DNA of 64,000 nucleotides from a virus (lineage: Duplodnaviria; Caudoviricetes), in the IMG/VR virus record IMGVR_UViG_3300003937_000325. One strand, written 5' to 3'. Below the pieces are notes generated by a model. The model did no database searches, was not told the origin of the DNA, and was given only the letters and a program-made list of their open reading frames with translations. This document shows, piece after piece, positions 1 through 10,131 of this stretch. The number at the start of each line of letters is the position of its first letter. The stretch's first letter is position 1. The position numbers and the translations under genes were made by a program.

Positions 1-2
1 GT

Positions 3-434
3 TATGGGTTAATATATGACCAATCAAAAAGAGGGGATGTCCCTTTTACTCCTGAAAAAAATGAGATAATACCTGAAAAGGAAATATTATTAAATAATAC
101 CGCATCTATAATGGGTGGGGACTTTGTTTATTTACTTTCACATAAATCATCAAAAAATGATACAGGTAAAATAAATTTATCTGACACTTTATACGGTATT
201 GAGGAATATACCCTTTCAGATGAGATTGAACCTAAAACATCTTCAGTTGTTAGAGGAGAAGAATTAATTGAGTTATTAAATTTAATGGTACAATTTCTTA
301 TTGGACATGTTCATCCGTATCATGGTATGGTTCCTGATGGCACATCAACTAACGGAGTTACCATGGAAAAGTTACAAAAAGAACTTAGAGACGCAAATCA
401 AAAGATACTAAATAAGTATATTCGTATAAACTAA
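3..434 (+). CDS. 5'-truncated virion protein, possibly baseplate spike/hub C-terminus
   Basis: Frame is open from base 3 (YGLIYDQSKRG...) into the tracked ORF; C-terminal HVHPYHG resembles the HxH metal-binding tip of baseplate spike proteins. Confidence 0.45.
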   Translation, partial: YGLIYDQSKRGDVPFTPEKNEIIPEKEILLNNTASIMGGDFVYLLSHKSSKNDTGKINLSDTLYGIEEYTLSDEIEPKTSSVVRGEELIELLNLMVQFLIGHVHPYHGMVPDGTSTNGVTMEKLQKELRDANQKILNKYIRIN

Positions 435-456
435 GTATTTATATTAAAAAGAGTTT

Positions 457-1920
457 ATGTCTACTTATAAATCATATTTTAATAGAAACACAACTATTGT
501 TTCAAATTCATACGCAAATACAGGTAGAAACCCTATATGCGAACTATTCTTTGGTGGGGTAGATAATGTAATTACTCCAAAAGGGTTTAGTCGTTTTTTA
601 TTCGATATTGAATTATCAGGAATAACTGAACAAATCAAACATGGTATTATCTCTACTGGTTGTTCAAAAAGTATGAAACATATTCTCAATATGACTAATA
701 CTTCATCATTTGATTTGGAATTATTAAATGATACATGGTCTAATGGAAGAAGAAGAGCAACTTCTTTTGATTTAGTATTATTTAGAATACCTAAAGTTTC
801 AGGAACCACAGGAGATATTCAATCGTGGGATGAAGGTGTTGGATACGATTATTACGATTTTACTGAATTACCTACAGACAAAGCCTACTCAAGTAGACCA
901 ACTAATTGGTACGAATCTCAAACTATTTCAAATTGGTCAGTACCGGGGGTATACGATAATTTAAATACCAATTCAAGTACAGGGTTAAATTTCTCAGGTT
1001 TAACTATTATTGATACTCAACATTTTGAATTTGGTAATGAAGATATTAAATTTGATATGACTCAAGAGATAAATGATATATTAACGGGGGCGACTACTGG
1101 AGTTACAGGATGGGGAATCGCCTTTTATCCTCAAGTTGAAAATATTACAGGATTAACTGAAAACTACTCGGTAGGGTTTTTTACTACGAATACACAAACA
1201 TTTTATGAACCATACTTAGAAACTACATATGATGATTTAATAGAGGATGATAGAAATATTTTTTATGAAAATAAAGAAAATAAATTATATCTATACAGTT
1301 ACCAATTCGGTAATCCTCAAAATTTTGATGAATTACCATCTGTAGATATTACAGATATGAATGGTTCAATATTATATTTAGATTTACCAACCTGTCAAAT
1401 AACTAATGGGGTATATGAAGTTATAGTACCACCATTAACATCATCAAGTATACCATGTATGATGTACGATACTTGGAAAAATTTAAAGATTAATGGAGTT
1501 AATATTTCTAATCAAACTAATGAATTTGTAGTTAATGACTTATCGGAGTTATATCAAATTGGTTCAACAACGAATGACCCTTCATTATATGGTTTTGATT
1601 TTTTCGGAATTAAACAAGATGAAAAGATATTAGGACCAGATGTACGTAAAGTTAACGTCATAATTAAAAAAGCGTATACTACGAATGAAGTACTTAATAA
1701 AGTTAACGCCTATTATAGGGTATATGTTAGAGAAGGTAAAACTGAAGTTCAAGTTCAAGATTGGACACAGTTAAATAGAACACCAGATAGTCACTATTTT
1801 ATTTTTAATACTGAAGACAAAATACCTAACGAATATTTCATCGATATAAAAGTATTGACGGATAGAGAGATTAATACCTATAAAAGAGAATTAAAATTTC
1901 AAATAGTTAATAGAAAATGA
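457..1920 (+). CDS. Hypothetical protein, probably virion structural (487 aa)
   Basis: Long Thr/Gly/Asn-rich beta-type ORF next to the putative spike gene; TATTTATA motif at 436-443. Confidence 0.55.
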   Translation: MSTYKSYFNRNTTIVSNSYANTGRNPICELFFGGVDNVITPKGFSRFLFDIELSGITEQIKHGIISTGCSKSMKHILNMTNTSSFDLELLNDTWSNGRRRATSFDLVLFRIPKVSGTTGDIQSWDEGVGYDYYDFTELPTDKAYSSRPTNWYESQTISNWSVPGVYDNLNTNSSTGLNFSGLTIIDTQHFEFGNEDIKFDMTQEINDILTGATTGVTGWGIAFYPQVENITGLTENYSVGFFTTNTQTFYEPYLETTYDDLIEDDRNIFYENKENKLYLYSYQFGNPQNFDELPSVDITDMNGSILYLDLPTCQITNGVYEVIVPPLTSSSIPCMMYDTWKNLKINGVNISNQTNEFVVNDLSELYQIGSTTNDPSLYGFDFFGIKQDEKILGPDVRKVNVIIKKAYTTNEVLNKVNAYYRVYVREGKTEVQVQDWTQLNRTPDSHYFIFNTEDKIPNEYFIDIKVLTDREINTYKRELKFQIVNRK

Positions 1921-2174
1921 AAAAGGTAACAATCACTGAAAACGAACTGATAGAAATAATCACTAGAGTAATTAGTGAAAAGAAAAAATCTAAAAAGAAA
2001 AAAAAGAAGAGCACTACTTTATGTGCAAGAGGTAAAAACGCGGCGAAAGCTAAATATGATGTTTACCCATCAGCTTACGCTAACGGTTACGCCGTCCAAG
2101 TGTGTAAAGGTAAGATGCCTGGTTTAGACGGTAAAAAAAGATGTTCAGGTAAATATTGTTCGGGTAAAAAATAA
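1917..2174 (+). CDS. Small basic Cys-containing protein (YPSAYANG motif), candidate internal head protein
   Basis: N-terminal MKKVTITENELIEIITRVISE leader, poly-Lys tract, LCARGK...YPSAYANGYAVQVC motif seen in T4-like phage proteins. Confidence 0.6.
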   Translation: MKKVTITENELIEIITRVISEKKKSKKKKKKSTTLCARGKNAAKAKYDVYPSAYANGYAVQVCKGKMPGLDGKKRCSGKYCSGKK

Positions 2175-2205
2175 TTTGTATATTTGTTATATATAAAAAA
2201 AAATA

Positions 2206-2403
2206 ATGTATCGAAATACAACTTATCATTTTGTTAAAATTGTTAATGGGGAAGAAAAACTCATTATAGAAACCGAGTCTTCTTGTTTAGAAAGGGCTTT
2301 AGATTATTTCTACCTAATGGTACCTAAGGCCTATGGGGATAAGAGTTATACTATTAGAATTAAAAAAGATAATATTAGAAACGTTGCCAGTGAATGGGAC
2401 TAA
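2206..2403 (+). CDS. Hypothetical protein (65 aa)
   Basis: ATG after A-rich leader, TATATTTG host-type promoter element just upstream (about 2179-2186). Confidence 0.5.
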   Translation: MYRNTTYHFVKIVNGEEKLIIETESSCLERALDYFYLMVPKAYGDKSYTIRIKKDNIRNVASEWD

Positions 2404-2939
2404 GTAGTTTTTGATATAACCCATTTATACCCTACATCTCCACCATTTAATAACCAATTAACATACTCCATATCTTTTTGTGGTTTTCCTTTAAACGTTT
2501 CATTTAAAGTGATTGTTTCTTTTTTACTGTCAAAAAATTGTTTTAATTCTAATAGTTGGTTTTTAGAAATTACGTTATTCTCAACTATCTTTTGAGTGAC
2601 TCTATTAATTCCTTTAGAGTATGATAAACCCTTTTTCATTTGGCTAATTACCGGCGAAGGGACTCTAATATAATCATTATTTTCTATAATAACGATTTTA
2701 AGGTCACCAGAACCTTTAATTACTCTGTGGTATGTCTCTTTATTAATAATATATTTTTGTCCAACCTTAAGGTCCTGGGGTAACTCCTCATCCATTTGAA
2801 GCTTCCAACCGTCACTTGATTCTACAAATATAATACGGTCGTACTCATCTTTGTGCCATTTTAACTCTTCAGAGTTAACGGATTCATTAAAAACTCTACG
2901 TTTTTTATTATGTGATAGTTGTGTGTCTGAATATATCAT
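2400..2939 (-). CDS. Cupin-like N-terminal domain plus conserved phage C-terminal domain
   Basis: LKWHKDEYDR...YHRVIKGSGDL resembles a cupin metal site; WLLNGGDVGYKW ending. ATG at 2939 overlaps the upstream TAA (TAATG). Confidence 0.55.
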   Translation of the reverse strand: MIYSDTQLSHNKKRRVFNESVNSEELKWHKDEYDRIIFVESSDGWKLQMDEELPQDLKVGQKYIINKETYHRVIKGSGDLKIVIIENNDYIRVPSPVISQMKKGLSYSKGINRVTQKIVENNVISKNQLLELKQFFDSKKETITLNETFKGKPQKDMEYVNWLLNGGDVGYKWVISKTT

Positions 2940-4531
2940 TACCAAAATCTACCTGAGACATTTTTACCAAAATCTTTATGTGCTCTACACGCCCAATAAC
3001 CCGCCTTAGTTTTGTCTTTTTTCTTAGCACACTGATGTCTAGCCGCAAATGATTTACGAGCACCTGGGTCGTTCCATTTAGCTGTCATAACAGGTGACCC
3101 ATAAGAAACTTTTATAACTTTACCCGTTTTGGGGTTTTTAACGTACACATACCACTTTTTAGGTCCACCTGACTTAGGTTTGTTTAAACTAACATCTTTA
3201 CCTTTATATTCGGCCTCATCTATTTCATTGGCATATGTTCCATCCCAACTAAAGGATTGTTCGTTTACCATTGGAAAATCAAATGGTAATCTTTCACCCT
3301 TATAATTAAAAAATTTACCTCTATCTGATTCTAATAACTCGATTTCTTCTTCTGACCATTCATTATGACCATCATTATATAACTTACGACCCTCATTAAT
3401 CACATCAAAGTATTTGGGGCTACCATATCTAAAAACATTTTCAGTTAATGAAATACGATTATCAATATGATATTGTAATTCTTCAGATATTACGGTCTTT
3501 TCTTTAGTGTATGACTTTAAAACCGATTCAATTAATTTAGTATCATCGACTAAATCCTCATCCTCTTTTTCGGGTTCACTTAACGGTATGGATACATCGT
3601 CAAAAGAATCTAACGTTTTTGGTTGTAATGGTGGGTCTAATAAAAATCTTTGATTAATCCAACTTCTTAATTCATTTTCAACAAAAAATTCAGGAACAGG
3701 TTTATCATCTGGCTCGTTTGATGCTATTTCTGAAATATGATAAGCGAATTTTAGTTTGTTTTCATTATTCATTAAATTCATTAACCCATCACTTATAAAA
3801 AATATTTGACTAAACGGGTCCACAGGATTAATATCTCCTTCAGCAAAACTAAATACCTTCATAATTGCCTTCGCCCACCAAGATTTATAGGATGACGTTT
3901 CTTTTAATGTTGGACCTATTAGTTTATTAAGTGCTCTAACTGCAGATGTAAACATTCCCGCTACGGCAATTTGTGGTATAAACCAAGGCATTAAACGTAT
4001 AAATGCTTTAAATCCACCTTCACCTACATGTTTAGCTAATCTTTTATTTTTAGCTCCGTTAACGATACTTCTTAATTGTCCAAAAGTAATGGGTCCTTGA
4101 GCGTTACAGAATTTTTTAGCGTCACAAATACTTTTAACTACTTTACTTGAAACATTAACGTCGCCCCCTAATTCCTCTAATACTAAGTTAACTAACTTAT
4201 CTATTGATTCATTTTTCTTTTTATAATTCTTCACTTTAATTCTTGTTGGTTTTTGACCTTTCCCTGTTTGAGTATCTTTCTTTTCTTTTTCTCGTTTCCT
4301 ACGACAAGCCGAGTCTTTATCTTTCTGAGACATTTTACCTGCAACACCAGCACCTCGACATACGGGATACGCTCCTTTGTCTGCGTCTCCACGACCACAT
4401 GGCGGGTGACCACCACCTTTTTTCTTTTTACATATATTAACCCATGGACCCTTTGGTTGTGAGGAACCTTTCTTTTTTTTCTTCTTTCCAAACCAAACGG
4501 CTAAATCTTCTGTTAAAATATATTCACTCAT
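2939..4531 (-). CDS. Multi-module basic protein (530 aa), candidate internal head protein
   Basis: N-terminal WFG...PWVNIC...CGR...YPVCR module and C-terminal RKSFAARHQC...KAGYWAC module flank an acidic core; several (I/L)xE sites. Confidence 0.65.
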   Translation of the reverse strand: MSEYILTEDLAVWFGKKKKKKGSSQPKGPWVNICKKKKGGGHPPCGRGDADKGAYPVCRGAGVAGKMSQKDKDSACRRKREKEKKDTQTGKGQKPTRIKVKNYKKKNESIDKLVNLVLEELGGDVNVSSKVVKSICDAKKFCNAQGPITFGQLRSIVNGAKNKRLAKHVGEGGFKAFIRLMPWFIPQIAVAGMFTSAVRALNKLIGPTLKETSSYKSWWAKAIMKVFSFAEGDINPVDPFSQIFFISDGLMNLMNNENKLKFAYHISEIASNEPDDKPVPEFFVENELRSWINQRFLLDPPLQPKTLDSFDDVSIPLSEPEKEDEDLVDDTKLIESVLKSYTKEKTVISEELQYHIDNRISLTENVFRYGSPKYFDVINEGRKLYNDGHNEWSEEEIELLESDRGKFFNYKGERLPFDFPMVNEQSFSWDGTYANEIDEAEYKGKDVSLNKPKSGGPKKWYVYVKNPKTGKVIKVSYGSPVMTAKWNDPGARKSFAARHQCAKKKDKTKAGYWACRAHKDFGKNVSGRFW

Positions 4532-4611
4532 ACTTGATTATTACTATAATTTTATTATCTATTAAATAAATATAACGAGAAATAAACTTATTCATTAAAT
4601 AAAAAAACAAA

Positions 4612-5013
4612 ATGGCTAAAGCTAAAAAGACAACGTCTGACGAGACAAAAAAACCAACAGCTAGAAAAACTAGAACTAAAAAAACTGAAACTAAACCTGT
4701 AGAGGAAAAAGTGAGTGAAGTTTTAGAAGGTCAAGGTACCGAACAATCTGTTGATGAACAACCAAAACCTATTGGAACATTATTTGACACTATAAACTAT
4801 AGTAATCTTCAAGATTTAGATAAGTTTGTACAGAACTTAAATGGTGACCAATCATTGTACTGTGTGGTACACGCGGCTAAATCGGCACACAAACGAGGTG
4901 CATTTAGTATTGAAGAGTCTGAAGTGATTTCAAGAGCTATCAGAGTGTTAACTACACCTCCTGAGGATAAAGAAAAATCAGTTCCTGACCCTGAAGTACA
5001 CAAAGCAGATTAA
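4612..5013 (+). CDS. Hypothetical protein (133 aa)
   Basis: Clean ATG ORF with A-rich leader, followed by hairpin terminator at about 5021-5045. Confidence 0.6.
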   Translation: MAKAKKTTSDETKKPTARKTRTKKTETKPVEEKVSEVLEGQGTEQSVDEQPKPIGTLFDTINYSNLQDLDKFVQNLNGDQSLYCVVHAAKSAHKRGAFSIEESEVISRAIRVLTTPPEDKEKSVPDPEVHKAD

Positions 5014-5045
5014 TTAAATTAAAAAGGGACATTGTCCCTTTTTTT

Positions 5046-5264
5046 ATGCAAAAAAAATACATTATGACTAGAAGTGAAATAAGTACAAAAATTGTGAAAA
5101 ATGAAATGATTATGATGAGGGCACGTAATAATGGTCATAAACCAAATGATGGTGATAAATTTCAACCATTAAGAATTGAAAATGAAATTTTAAGATGTAT
5201 GTATTTTGGGGAAGACTCCCCTCATTGTATTAGAAACTATACAAATAAAAAAGGGGACCAATAA
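5046..5264 (+). CDS. Hypothetical protein (72 aa; ATG at 5064 is an alternative start)
   Basis: ORF fills the gap between two terminators. Confidence 0.45.
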   Translation: MQKKYIMTRSEISTKIVKNEMIMMRARNNGHKPNDGDKFQPLRIENEILRCMYFGEDSPHCIRNYTNKKGDQ

Positions 5265-5274
5265 GGTCCCCTTT
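5250..5274. terminator. Bidirectional intrinsic terminator after major capsid gene
   Basis: AAAGGGGACC-aataa-GGTCCCCTTT 10-bp stem between convergent ORFs, with A/T tracts on both sides. Confidence 0.75.
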
Positions 5275-5294
5275 AATATTCCTATTAAGATATA

Positions 5295-7037
5295 TTATCT
5301 TAAAGAGTTCAAGTCAAATGTTCTAACACCATCAACTACGATTCTACCATAGAAACGGTTATTAACCATTTTCTTAGCGTATCTCGTCATAATACCCTTT
5401 ATCGGAGTAAAGTTGAACGGGTTATACATTGTAGGTGTCAACTGTAATGGTACATACGGTGCGTAAACGTACCCTGTATCCAATAATGAAGAACCTTTAT
5501 GTCCCAATAAAACAGTGTTTGGTGGGAAGTAAGGGTCTCTGTACACTTGGTATCTACCTGATAATGTACCTACTCTTTCAATACCCATGTTGTATTGGTC
5601 TTGGTCTGGAGCCGCATTTGATACGTGGAAGTATTCCAAGTCATCAAAGATAGCTGAAATTTCCGAAGAAACAACAATCCAGTTAGCTCCACCTCTTAAT
5701 GTAGATTTGTGAATTTGAGCTGAGATTTGGTTAATCGCAGTAATCAATGTCTGATTCCAGTCTTTTTGGTTATAGTTAACTGAACCATTAGACACTCTCT
5801 TCCATCCGTTGTAATCCCAACGTAATGTCCAAGCCGCACCTTTTCTTAAGTCTCTTAAGATTTCACGGTCAATTTCAGCAGCCACTTGTTCTGATAATAA
5901 AGCTGTTAATTCAGCCTCAGCATCAATGTTATGGAATGCAGAAACATCTTGTGCTAATTCTGGAGACCATTGTGCTCTTAGTTTTCTTTCTGTAACCGAT
6001 ACAGTAACTGCATCAAGGTCAAAAGAAACTTCACCCATTTGGTCTTCGAATTCTAAGTCAGCATATACTCTGTAAGTCGCACCAACCGTAGGGTTAGCCG
6101 CGAATGTAGTACCTGTATAACCATCGATTGAACAGTTAGCACATCCAACAACAGGTGTTGAAGTATCAACTGATAAATAAATTACACCGTCAGCAGTACA
6201 AATATCATCATACTTACCACCTGGTCCTGTATAGTTTCCTGGAGGGAAGTTAGTTTGAGATTCGTTACCGTATTGAACGATACCTTTACCGTACTTCTGT
6301 GTTACCACGTTAAAGTTAAAGTAATCACCACCTATTTGTACTTCTAATGATGCTAAGAAATCCTCAGTATCTTGTTCGTTACCTGTAGGTCCGATTAATT
6401 TACCTTGACCTGCAGATGCAAATCCTGATAATGCAACTAAAAGTGTTCTTTGGTTACCTGCATAATCACCTGCAGCCGCAACTACTAATGATGAACCATC
6501 CCATTTTACTAATGTGGTATTAGCAGCAATTCCTGAAAACGCTCCTTTAGAGTAATCGAATAACCCAGCTGGGTCTGAATTCGGTGCAGAACCTTCGTAA
6601 AATCTATCATAAAGGTTTTTACCTGAACCGTAGTTTACTGACGTACCAGAAGGACCATTAGGTGCTCCGAAAGGTGCAACATGTGTTCCATCAGCATTTC
6701 TGTTCTGAATTTTAGGTACAAAGTAGAATAATTTACCGATTGGTAAGTTCATCGCTTGTACTGATACGATATCATTAGCTAATAATTTAGAGAATACTCT
6801 TCTAATGATAGGGAAGACTACTGTTTCAAATGAACCTGAGTTATCTGAAGCAGATGCTTCGTTAATTAAGTGAGACGCTTGGTTTTCATATAATTGTGCC
6901 ATGTTCTCTTTTACGTGACCTTTAAGACCCTCTAGGAATCCTAATTTGTCCCATTTGTTGATTGTGTCTTCTTTGATAACTTTAAGGTGTTTTAACCCAA
7001 TATTACCAACAAGACCTGATTCTAATAATGCTCCCAT
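5295..7037 (-). CDS. Major capsid protein, T4 gp23-like
   Basis: ENQA..LINEA cleavage region, PIIRRVFSKLLANDIVSVQAM, RKLRAQWSPELAQD..AFH.IDAEAELT, GYVYAPYVPL, GIMTRYA motifs. Confidence 0.97.
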   Translation of the reverse strand: MGALLESGLVGNIGLKHLKVIKEDTINKWDKLGFLEGLKGHVKENMAQLYENQASHLINEASASDNSGSFETVVFPIIRRVFSKLLANDIVSVQAMNLPIGKLFYFVPKIQNRNADGTHVAPFGAPNGPSGTSVNYGSGKNLYDRFYEGSAPNSDPAGLFDYSKGAFSGIAANTTLVKWDGSSLVVAAAGDYAGNQRTLLVALSGFASAGQGKLIGPTGNEQDTEDFLASLEVQIGGDYFNFNVVTQKYGKGIVQYGNESQTNFPPGNYTGPGGKYDDICTADGVIYLSVDTSTPVVGCANCSIDGYTGTTFAANPTVGATYRVYADLEFEDQMGEVSFDLDAVTVSVTERKLRAQWSPELAQDVSAFHNIDAEAELTALLSEQVAAEIDREILRDLRKGAAWTLRWDYNGWKRVSNGSVNYNQKDWNQTLITAINQISAQIHKSTLRGGANWIVVSSEISAIFDDLEYFHVSNAAPDQDQYNMGIERVGTLSGRYQVYRDPYFPPNTVLLGHKGSSLLDTGYVYAPYVPLQLTPTMYNPFNFTPIKGIMTRYAKKMVNNRFYGRIVVDGVRTFDLNSLR

Positions 7038-7061
7038 TTTAGTATTTGTTTTTTTTAAATT

Positions 7062-8594
7062 TTATTTTTGAAGTTTACCCATTAAATCCTTCATTCTCAT
7101 GAACTGAGGATTTTCGTAAGTTTTACTTTCGATAAGATTTGTAGCAGAACCTTTAGATGGTGATTTCTGTACTTTAGATGCAACTGATTCAGTTACAACT
7201 GCAGAACTTCCTTTCGAGTCTAAATCTTCTTTTACAGTCTTATAAAGACTTTTCGATTCCTTGATTGTTTCAGCAGAATCAAAACGTCTTAAAATGTTTA
7301 TTTTTTCTTGTTTTGTTGTCGAATGCTCAGTAAACAGTCGAGTAGCGTATGCTAGATTTGAATTGAAAACAGCAACTTCATTAAGTTTTTCTTTAAAGAT
7401 GTTAAGTGCCTTACGGTACTCTTCATTTTTTTCTCTTAATTGTTTTACTTCTTTCTCAAGTGATTCATTGTACCTTGCTCTATTAGGAATAGAATGTGGT
7501 TTTGAAAGTCCTTTAGATTTATCAGAAGATGCTTTCTGTCCAGCAGCGTGACTTCTCACCATACCTTCTTTAGCCTCTTCGTAATCTTTGTGAGATTTTG
7601 AATCATCACCTTTTTTACCTCCGAACTCTTCATTAGATTCTTCATAATCCTTGTGAGATTTTGAGTCGTCTCCTTTTTTACCTCCATACTCTTCGTAATG
7701 TTCCTCTTTGTGATGTTCTTCAGCATCGTGGTGTGCGTCTTTTTTCAACTTCTCAATTTGTGAGTAGTCGTCTTCAGCTGCGTCACCATAATAGTTTCCG
7801 TCATCCTCTCCGAGTTCAATTTCATAAACTACTTCGTCTCCTTCGTTAGATTCTTCATAATCCTTGTGAGATTTTGAATCGTCACCTTTCTTACCTCCGT
7901 ATTCTTCATTTGATTCTTCATAATCTTTGTGAGATTTTGAATCATCGCCTTTCTTACCTCCGAATTCTTCGTTAGATTCTTCGTAGTCCTTATGAGATTT
8001 AGAGTCGTCACCTTTCTTACCTCCGAATTCCTCCATTTGAATTTGATATTCAACATCAGCCTCATCATCTTTAAGTGTGATTTCGTCACCGTCTTGTGTA
8101 ACAACGATTCCGTCTTCTTCACCCATAGCTTTAAAGACCTTAAGGATTTCTTCGTCAGATGCGCCTGTAAGGTCAAGTGGTAAAAGAATTTCTTCTTCGT
8201 CATCCACTTCTAACTCATCACCTGGTAAATCCATCATAAGCATATCATCAGTATCAATTTCCATATCATCCTCATCCTCATCGGATTCGTCTTCAATGTC
8301 CATGTCAACATCTAGTTCCATGTCGTCTTCAATGTCAAGTTCGTCTTGTTCTTTTGTTTCGTGCTTTACAGATTTCTCCATATCGTCACCTTCTTCCATT
8401 TTTTCACCTTCCATTGCTTCAACAGACACTTCGTCTTCAATCTCTTCTTCATTTAGAGATTCTTTTACTAATTCACTGATTTCTTCCTTCATAGTAGAAG
8501 CAAGTATTCCTTTTGCATTCTCCGTAACGGCTTCCTTCAAATTTTCCATTTGTAGTAGCGCTTCTTCAACTAAGTTTTGTTTTTTTTGTGCCAT
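7062..8594 (-). CDS. Prohead core scaffolding protein, T4 gp22-like
   Basis: Very acidic low-complexity protein between protease and capsid genes; C-terminal coiled coil LNEVAVFNSNLAYATRLF...RFD. Confidence 0.85.
   Translation of the reverse strand: MAQKKQNLVEEALLQMENLKEAVTENAKGILASTMKEEISELVKESLNEEEIEDEVSVEAMEGEKMEEGDDMEKSVKHETKEQDELDIEDDMELDVDMDIEDESDEDEDDMEIDTDDMLMMDLPGDELEVDDEEEILLPLDLTGASDEEILKVFKAMGEEDGIVVTQDGDEITLKDDEADVEYQIQMEEFGGKKGDDSKSHKDYEESNEEFGGKKGDDSKSHKDYEESNEEYGGKKGDDSKSHKDYEESNEGDEVVYEIELGEDDGNYYGDAAEDDYSQIEKLKKDAHHDAEEHHKEEHYEEYGGKKGDDSKSHKDYEESNEEFGGKKGDDSKSHKDYEEAKEGMVRSHAAGQKASSDKSKGLSKPHSIPNRARYNESLEKEVKQLREKNEEYRKALNIFKEKLNEVAVFNSNLAYATRLFTEHSTTKQEKINILRRFDSAETIKESKSLYKTVKEDLDSKGSSAVVTESVASKVQKSPSKGSATNLIESKTYENPQFMRMKDLMGKLQK
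7569..7694 (-). repeat. Two tandem 63-bp coding repeats (EE[YF]GGKKGDDSKSHKDYEE[SA][NK])
   Basis: Visible in the scaffold translation and in the DNA. Confidence 0.95.
7845..8033 (-). repeat. Three tandem 63-bp coding repeats (EE[FY]GGKKGDDSKSHKDYEESN)
   Basis: Same 21-aa unit; copies differ mostly at third codon positions. Confidence 0.95.
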
Positions 8595-8683
8595 TTTAGT
8601 TATTTTTTTGCAAAATGTTTATTTATAGTTTTTATAATAAATATACACGAATTAAAAAAAAATCACTTTATAAAACAATAGGC

Positions 8684-8711
8684 AAAAAAAAATCGGGGTT
8701 TACCCGATTTT
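8684..8711 (-). terminator. Intrinsic terminator
   Basis: AAAATCGGG-gttta-CCCGATTTT stem with T-tract on the minus strand, downstream of the DUF4494-like gene. Confidence 0.6.
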
Positions 8712-8736
8712 AATTTTATAATATGTATGTGAAGTA

Positions 8737-8946
8737 TTACTCGATTACTTCATCAATTTTACTTTCGACACATGCAGATATTCTCCAATCGTGAGTAAAA
8801 CCTTCAAAGGCTTTAGTAACTTTAGCCTCAACATCTGTTACGTTAAAACCTTTAACTAATTTTTCTTCTCTGATTTTTTTAATCTTACCTGAATGCTCGT
8901 CTGGCATATCATACTGAATTTTTGCTACAAAATACTTTTCTTCCAT
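8737..8946 (-). CDS. DUF4494-like protein
   Basis: YFVAKIQYD...KIKKIREEKLV.GFNVTDVEAKV resembles the Bacteroidetes DUF4494 family. Confidence 0.7.
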   Translation of the reverse strand: MEEKYFVAKIQYDMPDEHSGKIKKIREEKLVKGFNVTDVEAKVTKAFEGFTHDWRISACVESKIDEVIE

Positions 8947-8970
8947 TTTATTTTTTTTTCTTAGTTTTAA

Positions 8971-9693
8971 TTAATATCCTAAATAATCGGTTAATTTTTT
9001 CATTAAGTCAAGTGATTTGTCTAAACCTTTTTCAGGTTCACCATTTACACTTCTTTGTTTTGTCTCTTCTTCAATGTTCTCATCGTACTTCATTCTATCA
9101 TCTTGATTAAGGAATAAGTAAGCTCCTGGTGTTGATGGTGAAGATACTAAATCAAAACAAATTAATTCAAAATCGTCCTGCACTTCATTCCTTTCACCTT
9201 TTTTAACTAAAGAACCTACACCACGAGATGATACCCCCATAGTGACTCCCTGTCTCATAAGATTTGCCGCTTGGTCTCCTGGACATGATACAACACCTGT
9301 TTTATGAAAACCTGGTGATGTCAATAATTTTATTTTACCCATTAGAACATTACCTTCCCACCACATATCAGTTATCAAGTGTGATACACGGTCTAAGTCG
9401 ATAAGTGACGATTCAGGGTGATTAAGTTCTGATATCGATAATCCTTTCTTTATTGCCTCTTGGTATTTTTCACCTTCTCTCCTTAATATTGATTCGGGAT
9501 ATATTCTACCGTTTCTATTTGGTGTGTCGTATTTTTGTAATACTGCGTAAAACTCAAAAGGTTTAGAATGGTCTAATTGACCGTATGATTCTTTTATAAT
9601 ATCGGCGTTACGTTTATCGTTTGGGTTTATAAAACCGGCATCCCACTCAATTAAAATCCCTTTACCCGTATCATTTGGTCCTAATATTTTCAT
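8971..9693 (-). CDS. Prohead core protease, T4 gp21-like
   Basis: NRNGRIYP, ELNHP (catalytic His), GVSSRGVGS (catalytic Ser), FDLVSSPSTPGA motifs. Confidence 0.95.
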   Translation of the reverse strand: MKILGPNDTGKGILIEWDAGFINPNDKRNADIIKESYGQLDHSKPFEFYAVLQKYDTPNRNGRIYPESILRREGEKYQEAIKKGLSISELNHPESSLIDLDRVSHLITDMWWEGNVLMGKIKLLTSPGFHKTGVVSCPGDQAANLMRQGVTMGVSSRGVGSLVKKGERNEVQDDFELICFDLVSSPSTPGAYLFLNQDDRMKYDENIEEETKQRSVNGEPEKGLDKSLDLMKKLTDYLGY

Positions 9694-9720
9694 ATCTTTT
9701 ATTTTATAAATATGCTACGT

Positions 9721-10107
9721 TTAGTATTCCATCGAGATAAAAACGTCCCATTCACTTATTCTAATTGGAGTTACTCTTAATAATTGGTTTATTTTGTCAC
9801 TAACGAATATCTTATATTCTGTTGTTAAAACAGAATCGTCACCTTCTCCTGAGAAAAAAACGTAGTTATTCGCGAAGTCTGTAACTTCCTGTCCTTTATA
9901 AATTACTTTACCAATTTCAACCCGAACACTTATATCTTCGTCTTGAATATCACCTTCTATCATAACACTACTTGGTAAAATAAAAGTATCCCCATAACCA
10001 AATTCATATATAAATTTTTTAGGGTCTATAAGATTATTAAGATTATCTACAAGCGTATTTGCTTCAAATAATCTTAATAATTGACTTTCATTAATTACGA
10101 CTTTCAT
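9721..10107 (-). CDS. Hypothetical protein with (I/L)xE leader
   Basis: MKVVINESQLLRLFE start; TATTTATA motif at 10122-10129 (minus strand). Confidence 0.65.
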   Translation of the reverse strand: MKVVINESQLLRLFEANTLVDNLNNLIDPKKFIYEFGYGDTFILPSSVMIEGDIQDEDISVRVEIGKVIYKGQEVTDFANNYVFFSGEGDDSVLTTEYKIFVSDKINQLLRVTPIRISEWDVFISMEY

Positions 10108-10131
10108 TTAGTTGTTTTAACTATAAATAGA

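Noticed and set aside
7569-8033. 63-bp repeats as a CRISPR array or intergenic repeat
   Set aside because: Units are directly tandem with no unique spacers, in frame in the scaffold gene, and vary synonymously.
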